Shown here: one piece after another, positions 37,531 through 47,677 of the stretch
How positions within the stretch are numbered: position 1 is the stretch's first letter
Layout of the letters: each line of letters starts with the position of its first letter
Assembly (NCBI GenBank): GCA_937931785.1
Contig: CALHAX010000008.1
Coordinates: forward strand, 7,892 to 71,891
From: an uncultured Hyphomicrobiaceae bacterium
Lineage (GTDB): Bacteria > Pseudomonadota > Alphaproteobacteria > Rhizobiales > CALHAX01
Length of the DNA stretch: 64,000 nucleotides
Direction: 5' to 3'
Made by a program: the position numbers and the translations under genes
The notes under the pieces: generated by a model
What the model was told of the DNA's origin: nothing
Databases searched by the model: none
Seen by the model: the letters and a program-made list of their open reading frames with translations, nothing else

Positions 37531-39528
37531 TCAATCTGTTCTGCGGAGACTGTCCGGTAAACGGTCCCCAAAATCATCATTCAGCGCCTGAACCTCGCGT
37601 GGTGGCAGGGTCGAAAGACCAATGCCTGATGCGAGGAACCACAGCATGAAGACGCCGAGCCCCCACCACAGGATTTGCCAGGCCCAGATGGACGGAATGC
37701 CGAAGAACCACGTCACGGGCGAATTCGGATCGCCGAAGACCCAGTTTCCAATCACGGCTCCGGGGCCAATGGCGAAGAAGAACCAGATCAGCGCAAAGAT
37801 CCAGCCTAAGGGAATGAGATAACGCTGTTCTTCGGGCACGGCTCCGTGATCCCGCAGGAAGGTGTGGAATTTCATCCGGTGCACGTGACCTTCGCTGGTC
37901 TGCGTCACAGTCGAGACAAATGACGCAACGGTCAGATTCACAAGAATGCCCCAGAACGCGGAATGCATGGTCAACGGCCAACGTCCCCATGGCAACTCAA
38001 AGCCGAACATGATCGCGGCCTGCCCGCCAATTTTCTCCGTTGCGAGAACACCAATGATTCCGGCAATCAGTCCGAGGATAATGCCGGCACGCGTGAAGAA
38101 CGGCGCGTAGCAAATCGCGAGAAGCGCCGGGAACATCTGGAATCCGAGCGCAACGGCAAGACCTCCAGCCAGCACCAGATAGTCTGTTGTGTTGACCGCA
38201 AACCAGATTGCGGCAAGCAGAACCAGTCCGACGAAAACACGCCCCATGAACTTCTGGATACGGTGCGTCGCATGCGGCATCAGGTAGTGCTTCATCACAT
38301 CGCGGGTGAGCATCGCACTGAACGTTGAAAGGTAGGCCGCGCCCGTCGATTGAATGGCAGCAATTGCACACAACGCAAGAAGACCGACAAGCCACGGCAT
38401 TTCATCGGCAAACAGATTGATTAGAAGTGGTACCAGTACATCCTGCTGGCCGGGCAGGTCCATCAGGTCAGATTCTCCCATACTGATGCCAAGGACATTA
38501 TTCACAATGCCACCGGCATCGCGTGCCTGGTTCAACTCCAGGTCGGCGCCGAGCAAATGTCCGCCGATGCCCTGAATGGCGGCAAAGATGAAAAGCACGA
38601 AGCCGGCAGCGAAGGCCGTTGCCCAGACCTGCTGAGGGGCAAAGGCTGCGGGACTGCGACTGGCAAACGCCCACATCGTGAAGGCCGGCGTGCACTGGAT
38701 GCCCATCAAAGCGATGGTGTAGGTGAGGATCATGACCGCCGTCCACGCACCGCCTGCCGCAGACGGACCATCCTTCGCGAACTGGATCACACCTGGAATT
38801 GCAACATAGTGGCTGTAACCGTCCGGCGTTCGGTTACGATCCTGCTCAGCCAGAAGGGCAATGCCGTCGACCAGTCGATCAAAACCACCGACCAGGTTAA
38901 GCACAACCAACCCAAGCACGATCATACCAAACCCAAGCAACACACATTGCAGGATGTCGACATAAGCGACCGCGCGCAATCCGCCCGCCGCAACATAAAG
39001 GAAGACCACGAACGACAGCGCATAGATTACGAAATTGATCGGCAGCATGCCGTCGCTCAGAGTGTTCAGCAGGAACCCCGATGCGCGCAACTGAACCCCA
39101 AGAAAAGGGATGGTAAACAGCAACGCAACGACGACGACGAGAATTCTGATCGTGTTGCTGCGAAAATATTCGCCGAACATCTCACCAGGCGTCACAAACC
39201 CGTAACGCTTGCCCAGCATCCACTGGCGCTTCATGAACAGGACGCCGGTCAGCGGGATTGTGATCGCGTAGAACGAAGCATAGGCATACTGGAAGCCGTC
39301 ACGGTAGATCAGCCCGGGATGTCCGAGGAAGGTCCATCCTGAGAACGAAGTCGCCGTTGCAGCAAGAATGAATGCCCAGGTTCCAAGACCACGTCCCGCG
39401 ATGAAATAGTCGCTTGCACTGCGGGCCTGGGAAGCGCCTCGCACGGCCCAGAACAGGCAATACAGCCAATAGAGACCAATGAATGCAGCCAGCCAGATCA
39501 GTTTGGGTTCAAAGTCGCCGAGATCCAT
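37531..39528 (-). CDS. Sodium:solute symporter (SSS) family
   Basis: DYFIAGR, ATATSFSGWTF.GHPG, G.RYGFVTPGE, YVAAGGLRAVAYVD, AAIQST, many TM helices. Confidence 0.93.
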   Translation of the reverse strand: MDLGDFEPKLIWLAAFIGLYWLYCLFWAVRGASQARSASDYFIAGRGLGTWAFILAATATSFSGWTFLGHPGLIYRDGFQYAYASFYAITIPLTGVLFMKRQWMLGKRYGFVTPGEMFGEYFRSNTIRILVVVVALLFTIPFLGVQLRASGFLLNTLSDGMLPINFVIYALSFVVFLYVAAGGLRAVAYVDILQCVLLGFGMIVLGLVVLNLVGGFDRLVDGIALLAEQDRNRTPDGYSHYVAIPGVIQFAKDGPSAAGGAWTAVMILTYTIALMGIQCTPAFTMWAFASRSPAAFAPQQVWATAFAAGFVLFIFAAIQGIGGHLLGADLELNQARDAGGIVNNVLGISMGESDLMDLPGQQDVLVPLLINLFADEMPWLVGLLALCAIAAIQSTGAAYLSTFSAMLTRDVMKHYLMPHATHRIQKFMGRVFVGLVLLAAIWFAVNTTDYLVLAGGLAVALGFQMFPALLAICYAPFFTRAGIILGLIAGIIGVLATEKIGGQAAIMFGFELPWGRWPLTMHSAFWGILVNLTVASFVSTVTQTSEGHVHRMKFHTFLRDHGAVPEEQRYLIPLGWIFALIWFFFAIGPGAVIGNWVFGDPNSPVTWFFGIPSIWAWQILWWGLGVFMLWFLASGIGLSTLPPREVQALNDDFGDRLPDSLRRTD

Positions 39529-40493
39529 TGCGGTATCTTTCGTTCACGGTGCGTCCGGTCTCGTCAAATCGACCTGCACCTGGTCTGTAGTCCATCAGGA
39601 CGCACCGGTGTGTTGCCTGCTACGTGTCCAGACTGAACGCAAAATCCGGGCGTTCCGTGGCATTTCTTCATCGTTTACCTGTCGCTCTGGATCGAAACCA
39701 GACCAGCAGCAAAGACGCGTAACCCTGAATACTCTGATTCAATAGCGGCATCAGCCATATCTTGGCGAGCCTCATGCCCGACACGCACATGTTTCTCGCG
39801 ACCGTAGTTAACTTGCAGGTGTGTTTCTGAGCTGCTGAGCCAGCCAGCGTCCCCCTTGAGATGTGTGTATGCACTTGTGAATGCTGCGTTGTGCGAGATT
39901 TTCACGTGTTGCGACCGGCTGCACAGAGGCCGCAAGGCCGGACATGTCGCATCCCCCAATGGACATATCCGGTCTCGCGTCTATACCGCTCCCGCCAGCG
40001 GTTTGGTCGAACGCAGTCACTCGGTGGCCCGAGCCAGTGCGTTCAACCCTACGCCCCCTGATGTGCCTGATGTGAGCGCGCGTTGTGCCGCCAACGCCTT
40101 CGCTCAGGCAGGCGGACAATGCGCCTGCCAGGCGAGCCTGAGAAGGGGCGAAAAAACCTCCTGGAGGCGATTTCGGACAAGGTGAACATGTGGCCGCTGA
40201 ACGTCGACGGATCGTTGTTGCTGTCACGGCACAGTCGGGATCGTATTCGGCCGACATACCTTTTGGTGCTTGCCTGGCGATTTGCTATTTGCGTGAGAGG
40301 GTTAACGTCAACACGCCCAGATTGGACCACAAATTGATCACGCAATGTTCTTCTGATTCGAAGTCGTACCGTCGAATGGTGCAGGTTATGTTGAAAAGCA
40401 GTCTTGTTGCAGTGCAGCAACACGTCAATCGCAAGTCCCTGTGAATTTCGCAAAACGCGTACTCGAAGGAATAGGCGCTCAACGTAAAGAGAT

Positions 40494-41990
40494 TTATTCG
40501 CCCTGTATCCCGTCGGGGCCGTCGATCCAGTTGCGGAACGCTGGAATCAGTCGTGCTGCATGTTTTTCCCACCAGATTTCATCAATACGCAACGCACGCC
40601 GAAAGTTCTGTGGGGCAGTAGGCACATAATCGGACAGATCGACATTCAAAGACGCATGCCGCCTGACCTGACGTGCAGCCGACTTACGGGTTGGACCGTA
40701 GGGCAATAGGCTTGCCTGATGAACCATGACATCAGACTGAACGGCAAATGAAAGAAACTTCAGTGCCGTTTGGATGTGTGTGGTTCCTTTCGGGATCACC
40801 CAGACATCCAGATCGTAAACCTGCCCGTCCCACATCAGAACAACCGGTGAGTTGCGTCCGACGGTTTCCAGAAAGAAACGCCCACTGAAACCAACCGCCA
40901 TCGCGACTGAATGATCATTCAAGGCAGCAACCGGCTCCCGAACAGACTTCATCCAAACGATATCGTTTCGAATGGTTGCCAGCTTACCAAGCGCGCGTTG
41001 TAGACCGCCATCGCTCTCAAGCACGCGATAGACCTGTTCTGGCGCAACGCCATCTGCAAGCAGTGCCATCTCGAGTATATAGCGTGGGGTGCGCATCAGG
41101 CCGCGTTTGCCAGGGAATTTTGTCGTGTCGAAGAAGTCTTCCAGCTGCTGGGGTGCGTTGGATTGAAATTGCCTCTTGTCGTAACCGATGACCGCGGACC
41201 AGACGCTTCCACCGAGAGCGCAATCGCCGAAGGCTTCGGGCAGGAAGTCAGCCGGATCGAGACGGGCGCCGGTTTTATCCTTGATGTTCGCCGCGTCGAT
41301 TTTTGCGATTGCACCGCTGCGACATGCCGCGTCTGCAACGTGATATGGAATATATGCCAGGTCCCAGCCAACTGGACTGTTCGCTGCAGTCGCTTTCAGC
41401 AGTTTGCTGCCTCCGATATGCTCGATGGTCTCGATCGAAATGCCGGTATTGTTCGCAAACGGATCGAACACAGTACGGCGCTGTGCTTCACCATGCGCGC
41501 CGCCCCAGGTTGCAATGCGCAAATTGCTGGGAGGTTCCGGGATGCGTTCGGGAACCGGTTGAATCGGGAGCATCTCGGTCGCATTTTTTTTCGGCGACGT
41601 TTCGGATGTTTGCTGCTTCGTAGGGTCTTGTGTGGCAGGAGCGGTGGAGATTTGGGGCGTCTGAGTCTGAGTCTCCGGCTCCGTTTCCGAAGTCTTGGAT
41701 GCCTGTTTTGGAGGAAAATCCGCAGGGGGATCAAGTTTGATGACACCAGTTGCAACCGCACCATCGTTTTTGACGGTGACCGTCGTGCTGGATACGGCAC
41801 CGTCCGCCAAAGTCGAACGGGATGATGGCGCGGGTGTCGTAGCGTTTTGCCCGACAGCAGTCGGTTGATGCTGCGGCGCGGTTACCTCTTGAGCCTGTGG
41901 GCTATGCTCTGTTGGCATGCCCACAAGAACAATTGGAAGCAAGAGCGTCAGAGCGACTTTCCGAATGGGGGAGGAAGCGGCAGTACTCAT
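40494..41990 (-). CDS. PotD/PotF-like extracellular solute-binding protein with long N-terminal low-complexity extension
   Basis: LRIATWGG, DFFD..KFPGKRGL, LE.ALLADGV...VY, WDGQ.YD.D.WVIPKG, YGP.RKS. Confidence 0.88.
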   Translation of the reverse strand: MSTAASSPIRKVALTLLLPIVLVGMPTEHSPQAQEVTAPQHQPTAVGQNATTPAPSSRSTLADGAVSSTTVTVKNDGAVATGVIKLDPPADFPPKQASKTSETEPETQTQTPQISTAPATQDPTKQQTSETSPKKNATEMLPIQPVPERIPEPPSNLRIATWGGAHGEAQRRTVFDPFANNTGISIETIEHIGGSKLLKATAANSPVGWDLAYIPYHVADAACRSGAIAKIDAANIKDKTGARLDPADFLPEAFGDCALGGSVWSAVIGYDKRQFQSNAPQQLEDFFDTTKFPGKRGLMRTPRYILEMALLADGVAPEQVYRVLESDGGLQRALGKLATIRNDIVWMKSVREPVAALNDHSVAMAVGFSGRFFLETVGRNSPVVLMWDGQVYDLDVWVIPKGTTHIQTALKFLSFAVQSDVMVHQASLLPYGPTRKSAARQVRRHASLNVDLSDYVPTAPQNFRRALRIDEIWWEKHAARLIPAFRNWIDGPDGIQGE

Positions 41991-42129
41991 TGGATTGTCA
42001 CCTCTGTCCGGTTTTCTCATGAGCTCCAGTCCTCATAGAAACGCGTCGCCACATAATTGCGCGTCAGTAAACCTCGCCTGAGTGACGCGCGCAAAACAGC
42101 ACAAAGGAAGCTTCAGGTTCGGGTTGATT

Positions 42130-43971
42130 TCATTCAGCGGCTGATTTGGCAAACACCGTATCGCCAGTTTTTATGACGTGCGGCAAGACCGAGTTGGCCT
42201 GCTTCTCAAGCGAGATCGTCGGTTCGTCCCAAGGACCCTGCATCGTGAGTGTCGGACCTGACGTGTATGAGTCGGTTGTTCCATTAGTGTCGCTCGGTTT
42301 TTCGACCACCGAAAGGCGTACCGAGACGTTTTGCTCTGCCAGATTAACCGTGCCGAAGGCCACAATGCGCGACGTTTGTCGGTCAGCGCGAAGGCCACGT
42401 GTTGAAACACGAGCATTGTCCAGCAACAAGCGCGCTTCGAGCGTGCCAAATTCCGTTTCCCGTTCCTTCGCTGCGTCCCAGCCCTGCAAAGGCGCATCTC
42501 CCGCTTTTTGCATCAAGCCATCAACGTCAATCCTGAAAGCGCCACCTTCGAGCATCGTCAAACGGGCATCGCCTTTCATGGCGCGCATCAATTCTGACAG
42601 TGTATGGCCTTTGGATGAGACATTGGCCGTCATGCGGGCCCGGCCTCGTATCGTTGGCACATCGGTTATCCAGCGCATAGCCGTGCCAGCTTCGATATTA
42701 TCAAGGAGGCCACGAGCGGAAAACTTCACTTCCGCAGCATTCGCGTTGAATTCAAGCTGTCCAACGATCGAGCCGTCAAACATCTGCAACTCAGCAATAT
42801 CAGCGAGAAGGTTACCGGATCGCAAAGTCAGAGCCATAGCGCCAGAACCGGTTCTCAACGAGCCGGCACGAATTTCCTTCACGGACACGCGAACGTCTGC
42901 ATCGAAGTCACGCAAGATCGGGACTTCGAGTTGTGTTTCTGTCTTGAGCGACGGCATGAGCGTGCCAAGTACGGTGCTCTGCTCTGCAGTATCCGCATCC
43001 GACTCAATGAAATAGCCACTTAAGTCGAGTTGCTCCAGTGCCAGGGTGCCTTCGACAGACGCACGTTCCTTGCGCAGGTCCAGTGACAGGACACCAGACG
43101 CCTCATTCCCGTCCAGTTTGAACAAGCCCTTCGACATATCAAACAGACCCGCAGTCCAAGTCATCTTGCCCTGCGCGCGAAATGTGTTGAGGCCGGCCCC
43201 TTCGGAGACCGAAAACCCGGACCAGGCCGCGAGTTTGCGAAGGTCTTTCACGGTGACATCCACCGTTCCGTCCAGAAGCGCCCCATCGTTATGCTTGGCG
43301 ACACCTTCGAAAGATGCGCTCAGGCCCGCCCCTGAAATACTCAAGCGAAGGGGGATTTCGCCGCCTGGTGTTGCAGCATCAGGCTTTGCAAATGCGGTTT
43401 CAAACGACAGTGTCTCGCCCCGCAGGTCGAATGTTCCCTCACCCGTCGTCAGGCCAGCAGCGGATCGTATGGCAAACTTTGCGGTCAGATTTGTCAACTG
43501 GTGGGTGCGCGTTTCGCCTTGCCGCACGTTGACGACACCATCGATGATCTCGATCTTGCTGACAGAAATCCCATCGAGCGCTCTGAATGCTGGCCGCAAA
43601 ATCGCGTAAATCAATTCAGGGTCTGCGACACTTGTCCCGGCGCCTGTCACCTTTGGCATGGCGATTTCGAATTGCGGTTTTTTGATCGCGATGCTCTCGG
43701 CACCGAATTCGATCCGAGCGCTTTCCCAGTCCAGTTTAGGTTTTGCGGGTATGCCTTCGCCGCTGCTTTGAGTACTGGATGATGATGCGGCGGGCGATTG
43801 ATCCAGCGTCGCAGCAATCGCAACCGTAGAAGCGGCCGTTATCGCAAATGCTGCAATAACATCAAGAACACGATAAAAACGGCTTCTGCGGAGCCCGAAC
43901 ACGCCAACAGCTCCATTGCTGTCGTCAGCTCGCTCCGCAAGATCAACTGACCTGCCGATACCTCGAAACAA
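42130..43971 (-). CDS. AsmA-family protein (start uncertain; TTG at 43971 proposed)
   Basis: N-terminal TM, beta-rich repeats, LDGN.A.G.L, GTL....LDLS.Y, DADVR.S, C-terminal GPW..P.I. Confidence 0.8.
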   Translation of the reverse strand: MFRGIGRSVDLAERADDSNGAVGVFGLRRSRFYRVLDVIAAFAITAASTVAIAATLDQSPAASSSSTQSSGEGIPAKPKLDWESARIEFGAESIAIKKPQFEIAMPKVTGAGTSVADPELIYAILRPAFRALDGISVSKIEIIDGVVNVRQGETRTHQLTNLTAKFAIRSAAGLTTGEGTFDLRGETLSFETAFAKPDAATPGGEIPLRLSISGAGLSASFEGVAKHNDGALLDGTVDVTVKDLRKLAAWSGFSVSEGAGLNTFRAQGKMTWTAGLFDMSKGLFKLDGNEASGVLSLDLRKERASVEGTLALEQLDLSGYFIESDADTAEQSTVLGTLMPSLKTETQLEVPILRDFDADVRVSVKEIRAGSLRTGSGAMALTLRSGNLLADIAELQMFDGSIVGQLEFNANAAEVKFSARGLLDNIEAGTAMRWITDVPTIRGRARMTANVSSKGHTLSELMRAMKGDARLTMLEGGAFRIDVDGLMQKAGDAPLQGWDAAKERETEFGTLEARLLLDNARVSTRGLRADRQTSRIVAFGTVNLAEQNVSVRLSVVEKPSDTNGTTDSYTSGPTLTMQGPWDEPTISLEKQANSVLPHVIKTGDTVFAKSAAE

Positions 43972-44152
43972 TTCGTTTCCCCCGTCCCCGTGTCGTTTAT
44001 AACCCGTCAACCAGATTTGGCTTGCAAAAAAGCGACTCAAAAACGAGTTTCCGCGAACTTTTTCATACGATTGGCAGGACACCAAATGATTGCATGCACC
44101 TCTGCACACAAAAAGCCGGTGAATACGGTTGATTGCGATGGAGCCAATTGAG

Positions 44153-46159
44153 ATGACACGCGCACTTTGGACACCGACGCCTGACGCAGAACGTACCAGC
44201 AATCTTGCTCGTTTCATGGAGTATCTCGCAGCCGAAGCGCCTGACTTTACTGAACAATACGACGCAAAGAAATTGCCCGCTGAGAACTACGACGCGCTCC
44301 ACACCTTCTCTGTTGAACACTCTGCCACGTTTTGGGCAGCCATGTGGCGGTTCGGTGATGTCAGGGGTGATATTGGCGCAGAGCCCTGGCTTGAAAATCC
44401 CGTTGCGATGCCTGGCGCCAGGTATTTCCCGAACGCGAAACTCAACTTTGCAGAGAATCTTCTGCGTGGCCAAACGGACGATTCCGGTGATGGAACAGCC
44501 CTGATCTTCTGGGGTGAAGACAAGGTCAAATCGCGTGTATCCCACAACGATTTGGCGCGCGCCGCAGCCGGGTTTCAGGGCGTTCTGGACGACGTGGGTA
44601 TCGTCGCAGGTGATCGCGTTGCCGCCATCATGCCGAACATGCCCGAGACGATCGCTGCAATGTTGGGCGCATCCGCCAGTGGGGCAGTCTGGTCGTCGTG
44701 TTCGCCGGATTTCGGGGTCAAGGGCGTACTCGACCGTTTCAGCCAGATCGAACCACGCGTGCTCGTTGCCTGCGACGGTTACTATTACAATGGCAAGATC
44801 ATCGACATCCGGGACAAGCTTGTCGAGATTGTCGTCGCGTTACCAAGCGTCGAACGTGTCGTCATCGTGCCCTATGCCGGTGATCTTGAGAGCACCATCT
44901 CAGCCGTCGCTGTCGAGCGCACGGCTCTGGCCTGGAGCGAAGCGGTGGCGAGCACAGACGCCGCCCGACCACACTTCGAACCGCTCCCGTTCGCACACCC
45001 ACTGTACATTCTGTTTTCATCAGGCACGACCGGCGCGCCGAAATGCATTGTGCACTCGGCCGGCGGTACATTACTCCAGCATCTCAAGGAGCATTTGCTC
45101 CATTGTGATCTGAAGCCCGGCGAAAGGCTGTTCTATTTCACGACCTGCGGCTGGATGATGTGGAATTGGCTCGTAACGGGCCTTGCCGCACAATCGACGC
45201 TGCTTCTTTATGACGGATCACCTTTCGCGCCGGACGGCAACATCCTCTTCGACTTCGCCGACGCCACACAGATGTCGGTGTTCGGGACGTCAGCAAAATA
45301 TATAGACGCCCTCAAAAAGGCGGATCTCCAACCGCGCGAAACTCACGACCTTTCAAGCGTGCGACTGATGACCTCCACGGGCTCGCCACTTGCGCCCGAA
45401 AGCTTCGACTATGTTTATGAACGCGTGAAACCTGATGTGCACCTTGCTTCCGTTTCCGGCGGTACGGACATCGTGTCCTGCTTTGTGATCGGCAATCCGC
45501 TGAAGCCCGTCTGGCGCGGTGAAATTCAGGGTGCAGGCCTTGGGATGAATGTCGACGTTGCGGACAGCGATGGCAACCATATGCCTTCCGGCAAGGGCGA
45601 GCTTGTCTGCCGCACGCCGTTCCCCTGCATGCCGATCATGTTCTGGAACGATCCGGACGGGAAAAAATATCACGACGCTTATTTCGACCGGTTCGAGAAC
45701 ACGTGGTGCCACGGAGATTTCGCCGAGTGGACCGAGCATGGCGGGGTAATAATTCACGGTCGATCCGACGCAACGCTCAACCCCGGTGGTGTTCGGATAG
45801 GGACGGCTGAGATATACCGCCAGGTCGAACAGCTCGACGGCGTGATGGAATCCGTTGTGATCGGCCAGGACTGGGATCACGACGTACGCATCGTTCTGTT
45901 TGTCGTGCTGCGGGATGGTGTCGTGCTTGATGACGCACTCTGCGATGCGATCATTCGCCAGATCCGCACCGGTGCATCGCCGCGCCATGTCCCTGCAAAG
46001 ATCATCGAAGTTGCCGATATCCCACGCACCAAATCCGGTAAGATCACAGAGCTGGCCATCCGAGATGTTGTTCACGGTCGCCCGATCAAGAACACGGAAG
46101 CGCTGGCCAATCCGGATGCACTCGAACTCTACAAGGATCTCGACGCGCTCAAATCGTGA
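44153..46159 (+). CDS. Acetoacetate-CoA ligase
   Basis: LNFAENLL, WSSCSPDFG, FSSGTTG.PKCIVH, YFTTCGWMMWNWL, SGGTD, GRSDATLNPGGVRIGTAEIY. Confidence 0.95.
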   Translation: MTRALWTPTPDAERTSNLARFMEYLAAEAPDFTEQYDAKKLPAENYDALHTFSVEHSATFWAAMWRFGDVRGDIGAEPWLENPVAMPGARYFPNAKLNFAENLLRGQTDDSGDGTALIFWGEDKVKSRVSHNDLARAAAGFQGVLDDVGIVAGDRVAAIMPNMPETIAAMLGASASGAVWSSCSPDFGVKGVLDRFSQIEPRVLVACDGYYYNGKIIDIRDKLVEIVVALPSVERVVIVPYAGDLESTISAVAVERTALAWSEAVASTDAARPHFEPLPFAHPLYILFSSGTTGAPKCIVHSAGGTLLQHLKEHLLHCDLKPGERLFYFTTCGWMMWNWLVTGLAAQSTLLLYDGSPFAPDGNILFDFADATQMSVFGTSAKYIDALKKADLQPRETHDLSSVRLMTSTGSPLAPESFDYVYERVKPDVHLASVSGGTDIVSCFVIGNPLKPVWRGEIQGAGLGMNVDVADSDGNHMPSGKGELVCRTPFPCMPIMFWNDPDGKKYHDAYFDRFENTWCHGDFAEWTEHGGVIIHGRSDATLNPGGVRIGTAEIYRQVEQLDGVMESVVIGQDWDHDVRIVLFVVLRDGVVLDDALCDAIIRQIRTGASPRHVPAKIIEVADIPRTKSGKITELAIRDVVHGRPIKNTEALANPDALELYKDLDALKS

Positions 46160-46638
46160 GCGATCCGTCGGACAGCATTATGGTCAGCACGAAAATCAGA
46201 CAACCCAAATCCTTGCCCCAGATCGGCTGGCGTGAGTGGGTGACATTTCCTGCGTTCAACAATACTCGCGTCAAGGCCAAGATCGACACAGGCGCAAAAA
46301 CCTCCGCTATTCATGCGCGGAAAATTTCAGAAGAACGGGTTGGCGATATATTGTTTGTTATATTTGAACTTCAACCTCGGCAACGGATTAGCAAACCTGT
46401 CATAGCCTGTCGTGCTGAAGTGAGCGACCGCCGTGTCATCCGCAATTCTGGCGGTCACGAAGAGACGCGATATGTCATACGAACGCCGGCCGCTATTGGT
46501 CTCTATGAGATTGACATCGAGCTGACTTTGACCAGTCGTGACTCCATGGGCTTTCGCATGTTGCTCGGTCGTGATGCAGTCAAGAAGCGGTTTCTCGTCA
46601 ATCCGGCGCGTTCCTACCTGCACGGGCACGAAAACTGA
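46156..46638 (+). CDS. RimK-associated putative protease (RimB-like, retropepsin-type fold)
   Basis: IGWREWV, KAKIDTGAKTSAIHA, M.FRMLLGR. Confidence 0.9.
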   Translation: MSDPSDSIMVSTKIRQPKSLPQIGWREWVTFPAFNNTRVKAKIDTGAKTSAIHARKISEERVGDILFVIFELQPRQRISKPVIACRAEVSDRRVIRNSGGHEETRYVIRTPAAIGLYEIDIELTLTSRDSMGFRMLLGRDAVKKRFLVNPARSYLHGHEN

Positions 46639-46767
46639 TCGCCCGATCGATGCCAGCAATGCTCAAGATAGTGCCTGTCATCCGATCTCGCGATTCCGGC
46701 CAGTGCAGCCTAACGCTAGACCCTGTCTGCGAACACAGGCACACAAGTGCAACGGAGGACGCCATCC

Positions 46768-47673
46768 ATGAACATCGCAATGCTGTGCCGGAACAAAAGC
46801 CTTTATTCGCACCGCAGGCTTGAGGAAGCCGCAGTTGCACGTGGGCATACGTTCGACATGATCAATACGCTGGAAGTGGTAATTAATATCGCATCCCGCA
46901 AACCCACATTGTATCTTGGTGAATCCCAGCTCACGGGCTATGACGCTGTCATCCCGCGCATTGGGGCGTCGGTCACGTTCTACGGTCTTGCGGTGCTGCG
47001 CCAGTTCGAAATGATGGGCGTATTCCCGCTGAACGAGTCCGTTGCCATCGGGCGTTCGCGTGACAAGTTGCGGTCGATGCAACTCCTGTCACGCAAAGGA
47101 ATCGGTCTGCCCGACACGGCATTCGCACACGATCCGAAGCAGGCGGAAAAAGTCCTGCAACTCGTCGGCGGAGCACCGGCAATCATTAAACTCCTTGAGG
47201 GAACGCAGGGCATAGGCGTTGTGCTCGGTGAAACCGAACAGTCGGCCAAGTCCGTCATCGAGGCATTTCGCGGCGTGAAAGTGAATATCCTGGTTCAGCA
47301 GTTCATAAAGGAAGCCGGCGGCTCCGACCTGCGGTGCTTCGTGATTGGCGATAAGGTCATCGCATCCATGCAACGCAAGGGCGCGGAGGGCGAATTTCGC
47401 TCCAATCTGCACCGTGGTGGCACGGCGACCATGGTCAAGACCACGAAAGAGGAGCGCGACACGGCACGCGCTGCAGCAAAGGCGATGGGCTTGAATGTTT
47501 GCGGGGTCGATCTTCTGCGGTCCGACAACGGGCCAGTCGTTATGGAAGTGAACTCTTCCCCAGGTCTTGAGGGAATCGAAAAAGCGACCGGCAAAGACAT
47601 CGCCGGCATGATCATCGAGTTCATCGAAAAGAACGCGCGCGAGGGTCGTACGCGAACGAGGGGGCAGGGGTAG
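46768..47673 (+). CDS. rimK: RimK ATP-grasp alpha-L-glutamate ligase
   Basis: [57 protein letters not shown]. Confidence 0.95.
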   Translation: MNIAMLCRNKSLYSHRRLEEAAVARGHTFDMINTLEVVINIASRKPTLYLGESQLTGYDAVIPRIGASVTFYGLAVLRQFEMMGVFPLNESVAIGRSRDKLRSMQLLSRKGIGLPDTAFAHDPKQAEKVLQLVGGAPAIIKLLEGTQGIGVVLGETEQSAKSVIEAFRGVKVNILVQQFIKEAGGSDLRCFVIGDKVIASMQRKGAEGEFRSNLHRGGTATMVKTTKEERDTARAAAKAMGLNVCGVDLLRSDNGPVVMEVNSSPGLEGIEKATGKDIAGMIIEFIEKNAREGRTRTRGQG

Positions 47674-47677
47674 CGTC

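Noticed and set aside
40090-40160. CTCAGG/CGAAGG motifs as a glycine riboswitch
   Set aside because: The motifs are in the wrong order and the GGAGA...CCGAAG core and tandem aptamer are absent.
43972-44217. N-terminal extensions given by the ORF track (AsmA here; also Prx, aroK, xerD, patatin, redox fusion)
   Set aside because: They overlap neighbouring genes or promoters and lack family similarity. Downstream starts fit better.
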